Shown: one piece after another, positions 9,362 through 18,803 of the stretch
How positions within the stretch are numbered: the first letter of the stretch is position 1
Layout: each line of letters opens with the position of its first letter
Origin: Phycisphaeraceae bacterium
GTDB lineage: Bacteria > Planctomycetota > Phycisphaerae > Phycisphaerales > Zrk34
DNA: 44,645 bases
Direction of reading: 5' to 3'
NCBI GenBank assembly: GCA_040905565.1
Contig: JBBDRF010000023.1
Span: forward strand, 4,688-49,332
The notes under the pieces: generated by a model
The model's database searches: none
Seen by the model: only the letters and a program-made list of their open reading frames with translations
Told to the model about the DNA's origin: nothing
Program-made: the position numbers and the translations under genes

Positions 9362-10965
9362 TCAACATGAGGCTTGAGCCCGAATCATCTGAAACCGATG
9401 ACATCTGCATCGGCGTCTACGCGCCGGTCGGACGTGACACCGAGTTGATCTGCCGTTTTCTCAGGCGGGACGGCCGCTGCTGCACGCCATGCCACAGCTT
9501 CGAGCAGATTCTGGATCACGTCGCCCGCGGCGTCGGGCCCGTAATTCTGACGGTGGAGACGTTAACTGATGCGGTACTGGATCAGCTGCTCACGACGCTG
9601 GATGACCAGCCGAGTTGGTCGGACCTTCCGGTGGTGATACTCGGAGGTGAGATGCGGTGGACGCCGCAGTCGGAACGGCTGGCGACCCGGCGCGGGGCGA
9701 CCGTGATGGACCGGCCGGTCAGCGTGGTGGCGCTGCTGACGGTGGTGCGGGCGGGAATCGAAGCAAGGCGGCGGCAGCATCAGGTGCGCGACATGATGCA
9801 AGATCTGCGGACGATGAACCGGCAGCTTCAACAGCGGGCCGACCAGCTGCAGCGGCTGACCCGAGAACTCACGGCCGCGGAGCACCGCGAACGGCAGCGC
9901 ATCTCGCAGGTGCTGCACGATCATCTGCAGCAGATCCTGGTCGGCGCCAAGATGCGCCTGAACTTGCTCAAGCGGCAGCAGTCCCCGAAGTTCGACGATG
10001 TTGAAGAGCTGATTGATGAATCGGTGCAGGTTTCGCGTTCGTTGACGATGGATTTAAGCCCGCCGTTTCTGCACGACGCATCGCCCGCAGAAATGCTCCA
10101 CTGGCTCGCACGACGGAAGCAGCAGCGATACGGCCTGAAGGTTCATGTTCGGATCCGGGCGGATGTGCCACAGCTTCGCCACGAGCTGAAAATACTGCTT
10201 TTTGAGGTGACCCGGGAGTTACTGTTTAACGTCGTGAAGCATGCGGGGGTGGACCAGGCGACGGTGGAACTGGATTATGATGAAGCTGACGGGCTGACGC
10301 TTGTGGTGGAGGACAAGGGGCGAGGGTTCGTGCAAACTTCGCCTGACGAGCAGCCGATGCAAACCGACGGTGCGATCGGGCTGTTCCGGTACAAAGAACG
10401 CGTCAGTTACCTTGGCGGCGAGCTTTCGGTGCATTCGGTGCCGGGCGAGGGGACGCGTGTCGTCATGCACCTGCCGCCGCCGATAACGGAAGGCGACGAA
10501 GCGGCTTCGCATGAGGGCGAGCAGCCGAGCAAGGCTGGGGAAACCGACCTGCCCGGTGAGCAGGCGGAGGACGCTTCGCGTCATCGGAAGGTGCGCGTGC
10601 TGATTGCCGACGATCACACCATGGTGCGCCAGGGCCTTAGGGGGCTGCTCGAGAGCGTACGTGGGCTGGAGGTCGTCGGGGAGGCGGAGAACGGGCAACA
10701 GGCGGTCGATCGCGCCCGCGAACTGCACCCGGACATCGTGATCATGGATGTCTCCATGCCGGAGATGGACGGCGTGGAAGCGACGCGACGTATCACGCAG
10801 GAACACACCTGTCACGACATCGTGGGGCTTTCAATGCATCACGACGCCGCAATGGCGGAGAGGATGCACCAGGCGGGCGCACGAACCTACCTCACCAAAG
10901 ACGAGGCGATGGAGCACCTGGCGGAGGTGATCCGGGCGTTCGGCGAAACGGCCAGCCACACTTAG
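9358..10965 (+). CDS. Hybrid histidine kinase: degenerate receiver-like N-domain, HisKA_3, HATPase_c, C-terminal NarL-type REC
   Basis: GTG start overlaps the upstream stop (GTGA); alternative ATG at 9367. Motifs QPSWSDLP, LHDHLQQ, NVVKHA, DKGRGF; REC with ADDH, MDVSMP and K. Confidence 0.9.
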   Translation: MINMRLEPESSETDDICIGVYAPVGRDTELICRFLRRDGRCCTPCHSFEQILDHVARGVGPVILTVETLTDAVLDQLLTTLDDQPSWSDLPVVILGGEMRWTPQSERLATRRGATVMDRPVSVVALLTVVRAGIEARRRQHQVRDMMQDLRTMNRQLQQRADQLQRLTRELTAAEHRERQRISQVLHDHLQQILVGAKMRLNLLKRQQSPKFDDVEELIDESVQVSRSLTMDLSPPFLHDASPAEMLHWLARRKQQRYGLKVHVRIRADVPQLRHELKILLFEVTRELLFNVVKHAGVDQATVELDYDEADGLTLVVEDKGRGFVQTSPDEQPMQTDGAIGLFRYKERVSYLGGELSVHSVPGEGTRVVMHLPPPITEGDEAASHEGEQPSKAGETDLPGEQAEDASRHRKVRVLIADDHTMVRQGLRGLLESVRGLEVVGEAENGQQAVDRARELHPDIVIMDVSMPEMDGVEATRRITQEHTCHDIVGLSMHHDAAMAERMHQAGARTYLTKDEAMEHLAEVIRAFGETASHT

Positions 10966-11004
10966 CGGATCGGCGCGGTCGGGGCGCGAAGGGGGAGTCG
11001 GCAG

Positions 11005-11388
11005 ATGAGCAAGCACGGGCTATTCGATGCAGCCTTTCGGCGGAGCCTGCCTGCGGGCGAGATCATCGAAAGCCAGAGCAGCGCCAGTTCCAGTGCCGAG
11101 GGGGCCGGCGTGCAGGAGCGGGCGGAATCGCGGTACATCTTCAGCCCGGCCGAGCGAACGAGCGCCGACCTGGAGCAACTGCTCGAGGCGGTGATCGATG
11201 ATGTCCAACAGCACGACGTAGAGGCTCATCACGAGCCGCGGCAGCGCGAGCCGGTCGCACACCGCGTGGCGGGCAGCATCCGGTACACCGCAGGCGAGGC
11301 CACCGGCGAACTGACCTATCGCCTGGCAAAAGATGAGCAAACGGCGCGCATCGAGATCGACCTTTCAACCCGCGAACGGCGGCCGTAG
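11005..11388 (+). CDS. Hypothetical protein
   Basis: 127-aa ORF with a GGGAG SD, co-oriented behind the kinase. Confidence 0.55.
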   Translation: MSKHGLFDAAFRRSLPAGEIIESQSSASSSAEGAGVQERAESRYIFSPAERTSADLEQLLEAVIDDVQQHDVEAHHEPRQREPVAHRVAGSIRYTAGEATGELTYRLAKDEQTARIEIDLSTRERRP

Positions 11389-11394
11389 CAGGCG

Positions 11395-11799
11395 TTACTT
11401 CTCGCCCTTGCGATCCGGCTTGGTGTACGTGCAGCGCAGCATCGCGGAACCGTCTTCCCGGACCATCACCCAGCTGTCACGCGTGCTCACCAGTTCGCCG
11501 GTGGCAAGACGAACCCAGCAGCGATCGCCGGTCACCTGAACCCGCACGCCGGCACGATTCTCGACCTGCCCAAAAACGCGCAGGGTGACCTTGTTGCGGT
11601 TCTCAACTTGATGGACATCGGAACTCCAGATCCCGATTCGCCCGTCAAGCTCGCCGCTGGCATTCACGCCCGGCAGGTATGCGTTGAAGGCCTGATTTGT
11701 GACGTCCGCCCCACCCATCGCTACGACCGGCAGAAGCATCACCATCGCGAGAAGAACGAGGGGTGAGTAGGCAGGCAATTTGATTTTTTTCATGTTCAT
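11395..11799 (-). CDS. Hypothetical exported beta-rich protein
   Basis: Signal-peptide-like start MNMKKIK...LVLLAMVMLLPVVA with a GGAG SD. Confidence 0.65.
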   Translation of the reverse strand: MNMKKIKLPAYSPLVLLAMVMLLPVVAMGGADVTNQAFNAYLPGVNASGELDGRIGIWSSDVHQVENRNKVTLRVFGQVENRAGVRVQVTGDRCWVRLATGELVSTRDSWVMVREDGSAMLRCTYTKPDRKGEK

Positions 11800-12160
11800 C
11801 TCCGCTAAGGGCAGTAGGGTTCCCAGCACTTCCCAGACGTCGGCTCAGCCCACTTATTGCTGAAGCCGGCGAGACAGAATCGGCCACAATCGGAAGATTC
11901 GCCTCGTCACAAGCAGCACAGGACGCAGCACCAGACAGGTGGCGGGCGATGGCGCGGGCGAGCGCTCATGCGGTGAACCGTCTCGCCGCCGTTCGCCCGG
12001 ATGGTCTGGTGTGCGGCGCGATTAAGCGGCGCGCGACGAGGGCCGATGGAAGATGCGTCGGGTGGTGAGTTCGTCCACTTGTCCAGGGTGATTGGCGCGT
12101 GCCTGATCAGGGCCTGCGCAACGCAACCGCACCTTCGGCACCTTCGGAATGGAATCACCT

Positions 12161-15100
12161 ATGCCTCGCCCTCCTCGCCATAAGCCTGGTTCGTTTGCTC
12201 GCCCTTGTTTTGAGACGCTGGAGCCGCGGCTGATGCTGAGCGCGGACCTCCTCGGCTTCGGCGACGAGCCAGCGCTGACGACGGCCGAATCCGTCGGCGA
12301 ACTGATGATCGCCATTGACGCGCACGACGCTGAGCTGGCCTTTCATGAGGGTGGTCTCGATTCGGGCGGGGGAGCAGACGGTACCAGCGGCACCGGCGAA
12401 ACGAACCAGGAGCCGGGCACCGGCGAGGATGTGCTGCACATTCGTGTCGACTTCGCGGACATGGTCGGTGATCCCGTCTCAGTCGCACAGGCCGAGTCGA
12501 GCCTTTACGAGGCTGGTGATTTTCTGCATGGCACCTCCTGGGGCGAGTTGTGGTTCGAGAACGTGGACGTCACCGACACCTATCGGATGCCGCACACCAC
12601 TGACTATTACTACGAGCAGGGCGTCGACGGCGCGATGGAGTTGATGGAGCATGCGATCACCGCGGCACTGGGCGACGGCTTCGTGGTCGACGACTACTGG
12701 AGCCATGCGCTGAGCTTCGATTTGATCGCCGATTTCGGCTGGGCGGGCCTGGGGTGGATCGGGGCACCCGGTATCTGGCTCAACGGGTACGGCGATTCGC
12801 CCGCGGTCGCAGCACATGAGTTCGGGCACAACCTCGGCGCGTGGCATTCGGGCTGGTGGAAGGTGGACGACGGTAATCCGTTGAGCGCGGACGGCCGCCT
12901 CGTGGAATACGGCGACGTGTTCGACATCATGGGCTCGGCTTCCCAGCAGTTCCCCGACAACGATTTCAACACGTACTGGAAAACCCAGTTCGGCTGGATG
13001 GATGAGACGACAAACGTGACGCAGCCCGCCGACGACGGCACCTACCGCCTCTATGCCCACGATGCGGGGGCGGGCAGTTATGTCGACGATCGGACCTACG
13101 CGCTGCATCTGCCGACCGCGAGCGATGCTGACTATTGGATCGAGTATCGCCAGGCTCCCTACAGCGACGTCAGCGAATCCGGGATCGAGATCCGCTGGAG
13201 CCCCTCACAGTTGACCGGACGAAATACAGCGCTGATCGACACCAGCGGCGCAGGCACCAGTGCCTACCACGCGCCGCTCGGCGTGGGTGAAAGCTTCTTC
13301 GATGAGGCGACCGATATGCTCGTCACGCCGTTGGAGACGGGCGTGGATGACGACGGCAACTGGTGGGTGGACGTGCGGCTGGGCGAGGCGGCGACGGTGG
13401 TCTTCGAAGATGCGAACCTCGAGCAGGCGGTGCGCGACGCGCTGAGCATCGCCGACGGCGCCATCACCGAAGATCACATGCTGACGCTGACAACGCTGGA
13501 CGCATCGCAGCGGCAGATCACCAGCCTCGGCGGCCTTGAATACGCGCGGAATCTCACGACGCTCGACCTGGGCTCGAACGACATCGACGCGATTGATACG
13601 CTCGAATCCCTCTCTGACCTGCGCGATGTATGGGTGCAGGAAAACTTCCTCGACCTCAGTGCGGGTTCGTTCGCGAGCGAGGTGATCGGGACGCTGGAGA
13701 GTTGGGGGGCGACGGTCACGTATGATCCGCAGAAGTTCGCCAACGCAACCGTTACGGCTGCGACCGACCCGGCGGACATCATCTCACCCGCGCCGCATAA
13801 CACCTTCACCGTCACCTACACCGGCGATACGGCGCTCGATGCGGCGACCATCATCGGCAACGATCAAGCCATCCGCGTCATCGGGCCGAATCAGTTTGAT
13901 GTTTTTGCCGAGTATGTCAGCATCGATGCAGGCGACGATCCAAACGTGCGGCTGGTGACGTATCAGATCGCCCCGCCGAACGAGACGTGGTCCGAAGCGA
14001 CGAACGGCACGTACACCGTTTGGCTCGAACCAGAACAGGTGGCCGACGAGTGGGGCAACTTCGCAGAGGCGGCGCAGCTGAATGCCTTCGATGTGGCGAT
14101 CGACCAGACGGCGCCGGTGACGCAACTGCAACTGTCGGGCGAGCACGGCAACGGCTCATGGTTTGTCAGCACCGTGGAGGTAACGCTTACCAGCACTGAT
14201 GAACTGAGCGAGATCGATCGCACGGAGTATCGCCTTAACGGCGGCACGTGGAACGCCTACGACGGGTCGTTCACATTGAGTGAGTCGGGCGCGACGACGC
14301 TCGAGTTCCGCGCGGTCGACACAGCTGGAAATTACGAGTCGGTTCAATCGCTCTACGTACAACTCGATACCGCAGCACCCGGAGCCACTGCACAAATCGG
14401 CGATGTCATCACCACCACCGAAGCGCACTACTTCACCGTCACCTACAGCGATAATCTCTCGCTTGACGCAGCGACGATCAACGGCAACAACCAGGCCATC
14501 CGCGTCGTCGGGCCCAACGGATTTGAAAGCTTCGCCGAGTATGTCAGCAGCAGCGACGGCGAGGGGGCGGCACGCATCGTCACCTACCGCATTGACGCGC
14601 CGGAGTCGGCCTGGCACGGCGCGGATAACGGCCAGTACACCGTGATGATGGAGGGCGACCAGATCACCGACACTGCCGGCAACGCGCTGGCTTCAGGCGT
14701 CGTCGGCACGTTCCACGTTGCAGTGCCGATGGTGATGCTGCGGGGCGACGGCGGCATGCAACGCATCCAGTTCACCGACGACCGCGGAACCGACGTCACG
14801 ATCATGTTGCGCGGCAGCGATGCCGACCTGCTTTTCTACGGCACGATCGACACTGTCGAAACCCGTGGCCGCAGCATGTTGGTCACCGGCACACAGTTGC
14901 ACCTTGAGCAGATTGAACTGCTCGACAGCACCGACCGCGCCGTCTTGATGATCATGGGGCGCGGCGGCGACGGGACTGTCTATCTTGATCAGATCGTAGG
15001 GGACGGGCCGCTGAATCGGCTGATGGCGCGCGAGACGATCATGCGTGGCGACGGTGTGGTTCTCGGCGAGAACGGCTACGCCCGGATGATTCAACTCGGC

Positions 15101-16342
15101 GCGCTTGCTAATGGGGCCGACGTGATTCTTCCCGGTGACGCGGAGAGGCACACGACCATGATGATGATCGGGTCGATCGGCGCGGATAGCGACATTCTTG
15201 TCGCTGCCGACGTCCGCATGCTTCGGGCTGCGAAGTGGGTGAGCGGGACTCTGGAGGCAGGTTCGCTCGGCAATGTCATCATCGACGGCCCGCTCACGGA
15301 CAGCACATGGATTATCGCGGGCGACGTCGGCAATCTCCGCCTGAACGACGTGACGAACTGGACCCTGAACGTGACCGATGGCGGGAGTGTCCGCGGGCTT
15401 GGCCTCGGTCGTGTGGTGGAGACGAACGTGAATGTCGAAGGCGAACTCGGCATGTTGCGCGTCACCGACTGGTCCGGCGGCTCGATCACGGCTGAGTCGC
15501 TGCGGATGCTGCAAAGCAGCGGCGACCGCATGAGTGATGTCGCAGGCGATTTCACGGCGAACCTCACGCTTACCGATGCAGAGGCCCGGATGACGCTGGG
15601 CAATGTCCGCATTGCAGGCGCGATCGAAGGCGGTCTGTGGGATGTTCGGGGGCAAGCCGGCATCATCAGCGCCGGCGACGCGAGCGGCTGGGTTTTGCAG
15701 GCCGACGATCTGCGCGGCCTGCGCCTTGGGAGCGTGAGCGATGTCAGCCTCACCGCCGATGCGATCAACATGGTCCAGGCGTTCGACTGGAGCGGCGGGG
15801 CGATCGAGGCCGGGTCCATCGGGTCATTGCAGATGCGAGGCGATCGAAGAACCGACATCGCTGGCGATTTCTCCGCCGATCTCACGCTCACCGACAGTGT
15901 TGCACGCCAGGTGCTGCGTCACGCGCGCATCGCTGGCGACATCATCGATAGCACGTGGTCGCTCAACGGCTCGGTGGGCATGATTGCCGCGGCGGGCATG
16001 CATGGCAGCACCGTGTTGGTGGGTGTGGATGAAGCGGCCGGCGCGCTGTCGCACGACGTGGCGGCGCTTCCTGAGGCGTTCGATTTGCGGAGCATTTCGC
16101 TTCGCTCAGCGCGTGGAGACACTGGGCCGACTTTCAGCGACAGCCGCATCGCCGCCGGTGATCTGCGCATGGCGAGCCTCGGCAGCGTGCAAACGGACAA
16201 CGCGGGTGAGGCCATCGGCATTACGGCGGGGGATCTTGCGATGTTCCGCTACACGTCTCACGGCACCGGGCAGAGCGTCAATCTTCGCTTCGCCGACACC
16301 GATCTTTACGAAGACGACGATCTGATCGTGCGCATCCTGTAG
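12161..16342 (+). CDS. Large secreted zinc metallopeptidase (M11/M6-like metzincin) with LEPR-XLL motif, LRR, Ig-like repeats, OmpL47-like domain and C-terminal beta-solenoid
   Basis: FETLEPRLMLSA; HEFGHNLGAWH; Met-turn EYGDVFDIMG; internalin-like LRR; duplicated FTVTY..D..LDAATI.GN.QAIRV.GPN module. Alternative ATG at 12149. Confidence 0.85.
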   Translation: MPRPPRHKPGSFARPCFETLEPRLMLSADLLGFGDEPALTTAESVGELMIAIDAHDAELAFHEGGLDSGGGADGTSGTGETNQEPGTGEDVLHIRVDFADMVGDPVSVAQAESSLYEAGDFLHGTSWGELWFENVDVTDTYRMPHTTDYYYEQGVDGAMELMEHAITAALGDGFVVDDYWSHALSFDLIADFGWAGLGWIGAPGIWLNGYGDSPAVAAHEFGHNLGAWHSGWWKVDDGNPLSADGRLVEYGDVFDIMGSASQQFPDNDFNTYWKTQFGWMDETTNVTQPADDGTYRLYAHDAGAGSYVDDRTYALHLPTASDADYWIEYRQAPYSDVSESGIEIRWSPSQLTGRNTALIDTSGAGTSAYHAPLGVGESFFDEATDMLVTPLETGVDDDGNWWVDVRLGEAATVVFEDANLEQAVRDALSIADGAITEDHMLTLTTLDASQRQITSLGGLEYARNLTTLDLGSNDIDAIDTLESLSDLRDVWVQENFLDLSAGSFASEVIGTLESWGATVTYDPQKFANATVTAATDPADIISPAPHNTFTVTYTGDTALDAATIIGNDQAIRVIGPNQFDVFAEYVSIDAGDDPNVRLVTYQIAPPNETWSEATNGTYTVWLEPEQVADEWGNFAEAAQLNAFDVAIDQTAPVTQLQLSGEHGNGSWFVSTVEVTLTSTDELSEIDRTEYRLNGGTWNAYDGSFTLSESGATTLEFRAVDTAGNYESVQSLYVQLDTAAPGATAQIGDVITTTEAHYFTVTYSDNLSLDAATINGNNQAIRVVGPNGFESFAEYVSSSDGEGAARIVTYRIDAPESAWHGADNGQYTVMMEGDQITDTAGNALASGVVGTFHVAVPMVMLRGDGGMQRIQFTDDRGTDVTIMLRGSDADLLFYGTIDTVETRGRSMLVTGTQLHLEQIELLDSTDRAVLMIMGRGGDGTVYLDQIVGDGPLNRLMARETIMRGDGVVLGENGYARMIQLGALANGADVILPGDAERHTTMMMIGSIGADSDILVAADVRMLRAAKWVSGTLEAGSLGNVIIDGPLTDSTWIIAGDVGNLRLNDVTNWTLNVTDGGSVRGLGLGRVVETNVNVEGELGMLRVTDWSGGSITAESLRMLQSSGDRMSDVAGDFTANLTLTDAEARMTLGNVRIAGAIEGGLWDVRGQAGIISAGDASGWVLQADDLRGLRLGSVSDVSLTADAINMVQAFDWSGGAIEAGSIGSLQMRGDRRTDIAGDFSADLTLTDSVARQVLRHARIAGDIIDSTWSLNGSVGMIAAAGMHGSTVLVGVDEAAGALSHDVAALPEAFDLRSISLRSARGDTGPTFSDSRIAAGDLRMASLGSVQTDNAGEAIGITAGDLAMFRYTSHGTGQSVNLRFADTDLYEDDDLIVRIL

Positions 16343-16372
16343 CAAGCGGCTCGCCTGCGCGGAGGCCTCATA

Positions 16373-16615
16373 TCAGAGCCCCTCTCTGGCCTTGCAGAAC
16401 ATCATGATGGCGAAGGTGACGATGCCCGCGAGGAAGAAGCCCAGGGCGTCGGAGGCGAAGACGAGCGAGAGAAACGCGGCGATGCCGAGCGCTATCAGAA
16501 GCCACAACGGCACGGAACGATCTTCCAGATCGGCGACCTTCCCCACCGCCAGCAGCAGCCCGGTGAGAATGACGACATCCAGATGCGGGATGGCGGGGGC
16601 GACGACGTCGGGCAT
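16373..16615 (-). CDS. Small membrane protein (about 3 TM)
   Basis: 80-aa hydrophobic ORF filling the gap after the peptidase gene. Confidence 0.6.
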   Translation of the reverse strand: MPDVVAPAIPHLDVVILTGLLLAVGKVADLEDRSVPLWLLIALGIAAFLSLVFASDALGFFLAGIVTFAIMMFCKAREGL

Positions 16616-16848
16616 GGCCGGAACCTTTCTGACGCAGGACGTGCTTGGCCTGGCATGGTCATACCGCGGGCCTGTTCACTTTATCGTCACGGCAGACCGG
16701 GTGCGATCCATCGTCTTCCTCCCAGGTGCGGAATAGTCCGGCCGGGTGAGGGCACATCATCAGCAACGAATGCATAGGTGCGATCGGCGGTGTGCGTGCA
16801 CCGTCATCAGCACTGACGACGGCATTGTTACTGGCGAAAGGAGCCACC

Positions 16849-17274
16849 ATGCGTATGCGGAATGTAGGCGTGATTGCAGCGGCCGCGATGGTCTTTGCGG
16901 CGGTCGGAGCGGGTTATGCGGCCCAGACGAAGGAAGCGAAGCGGCCGGACGTGCTGGCAGTTGCCTTCCACGCTGACTGGTGCGGCACGTGCAAGCAGAT
17001 CGAAAAGCCTGTGGGCGAAACGGTGAAGCACGCGGCTGGCATGCCGATGCTGTTCGTCATGCTCGATCTCACGGACGAGCAGACTCAGGCACAGTCGGAG
17101 ATGCTGGCCGGGGCGCTCGGGCTTGACGAGGTTTGGGCGGAATATTCCAAGGGCACCGGTTTTGTGCTGCTGATCGATCGCAAGACGGGCGAGGTGATGG
17201 AACGCCTGACGGCCAAGCACTCGGCTGCGGAGATGATCGAGGTGGTGGACGCAGCGCTGGCGCGTGCCGGCTGA
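16849..17274 (+). CDS. Exported thioredoxin-fold protein
   Basis: Signal peptide, FHADWCGTCK (CxxC), AAGGAG SD before the ATG at 16849. Confidence 0.85.
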   Translation: MRMRNVGVIAAAAMVFAAVGAGYAAQTKEAKRPDVLAVAFHADWCGTCKQIEKPVGETVKHAAGMPMLFVMLDLTDEQTQAQSEMLAGALGLDEVWAEYSKGTGFVLLIDRKTGEVMERLTAKHSAAEMIEVVDAALARAG

Positions 17275-17363
17275 GCACCTCGCTTCGCACTCGGATCGGC
17301 TGCATTGACGAGACGTTCACGAACGTGGAAACCGGCTGCGGTGTTTCCCGTGTGTGCGTCTCG

Positions 17364-18605
17364 TCATTGCTTTTCGGCCTGTTCCGAAGTCGCCATGATT
17401 GCCGCGGCTGCGCCGTTTGCTGCCGCTCGCCTCAGTGCCGCGACGCGTCCGTTGCCGTCGGGGTGCACGCGGTTGGTCAGGAGGATGACGTAGGTTTTGT
17501 GCTTCGCATCCAACCAGAACGAGGTGCCTGTGAACCCGGTGTGCCCGAACGTGCTGCCCACGGCGAAGCCGTCGCCCCGGGGCGAGGACGAGTAGCCGGT
17601 GTCGACATCGAACACGTACGATCGGCTGTTGCTGCCGTCTGGCATCGCGTGCGGCGTGGTCATCGTCTCCACGATTTGCGATGAGAGAATGCGTGTTTCT
17701 CCGTACACCCCGCCGTTGAGGATCATCTGGCAGAAGCGTGCGAGATCCTCGGTTGTGCTGAAGAGCCCTGCGTGACCGGCCACGCCGCCGAGGGCATAGG
17801 CACGCGGATCGTGAACCTCGCCCCGCATCCATCGGCCCGCGCGCTGCTGCGTCGGCGCGATACGCTGACGCCAATCCTCAGGCGGAACGTAAGCGGTTGC
17901 CTGCATGCCCAGGGGCTTGAAAATTTCCTCGTGGGTGAATTGATCGAGCGGTCGACCATCGACGGCCTCCACCAGTTGCCCAAGCACGATGTACCCCACA
18001 TCCGTGTAGGCGAACCGGGAGCCGGGTTCCCACCGGGGGCCTCGGTTATAGATCAACGCCAGCCCGGCCTCTGCGCCATCCTCAAAATCCGATAGCGGGT
18101 TCGCCGGCGCCAGCCCGCCTCGGTGCAGCAGCAGCTGTTCGACGGTGATGGCTTCCTTGCCGTTGCTGGCGAAGGCAGGGAGGTAGGTCGCCACGGGGGC
18201 GTGGACATCGACCTCGCCGCGATCGACCAGCATCATCACCGCGGTGGCGGAGAACACCTTCGAAAGTGAGGCCAGGTCGAAAATCGTGTCGTGCGTCATC
18301 TGCTCTGTTTCGGGCTGCACCGCGCGATGGCCGTAGGCTTTGTGATAGAGCGTGTGAGGGCTCGCGCCCACCAGCAGCACCGCGCCGGGTATGTCGCCGG
18401 CTTCAACGGCAGCGCGGATGGCCTCGTCCACCGGGACCATCTGCTCAAGGTCGAACGTCGGCGGGGGCGACGCGACCGCCGCCTTCTCCGCTGGGGCTGA
18501 ACATCCCATCGGCATCGCCAAAATCCAGGCGGCCGCCATCAGGGCGAGCATCCCTTTCGTGCGGGACCTTCGAAACGGATTGCGCTGCCTTACCTGATAT
18601 GCCAC
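17364..18605 (-). CDS. Serine hydrolase, beta-lactamase class C / YbbE-like, probable lipoprotein
   Basis: FDLASLSK (SxxK), YTD, GEVHD, GHAGLF, GHTGFTG; lipobox-like PMGC. Start is 18605 (GTG) or 18551. Confidence 0.9.
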   Translation of the reverse strand: MAYQVRQRNPFRRSRTKGMLALMAAAWILAMPMGCSAPAEKAAVASPPPTFDLEQMVPVDEAIRAAVEAGDIPGAVLLVGASPHTLYHKAYGHRAVQPETEQMTHDTIFDLASLSKVFSATAVMMLVDRGEVDVHAPVATYLPAFASNGKEAITVEQLLLHRGGLAPANPLSDFEDGAEAGLALIYNRGPRWEPGSRFAYTDVGYIVLGQLVEAVDGRPLDQFTHEEIFKPLGMQATAYVPPEDWRQRIAPTQQRAGRWMRGEVHDPRAYALGGVAGHAGLFSTTEDLARFCQMILNGGVYGETRILSSQIVETMTTPHAMPDGSNSRSYVFDVDTGYSSSPRGDGFAVGSTFGHTGFTGTSFWLDAKHKTYVILLTNRVHPDGNGRVAALRRAAANGAAAAIMATSEQAEKQ

Positions 18606-18803
18606 GGTGCTGCTCCACGAGGTCTACGCGTTCAATCGCAACAAGATAGTGCAAATGCCGATCCCTTCCCATCGCCTTCTCAGTGCCTGCCCGAGCCTAT
18701 GACGGGGAGCTTCGCGGCTGGCCGTCGCTGGCGACTGGATTTGCCGGGAGGCTGCGGGGGCCTGATAATGGGTGGGACTCCGGGCAATAGGGGAATCAGG
18801 AAT

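Noticed and set aside
17364..18605. Antibiotic-resistance beta-lactamase
   Set aside because: Motifs (GEVHD, GHAGLF, GHTGFTG) fit the broad YbbE-like esterase/amidase group; resistance cannot be inferred.
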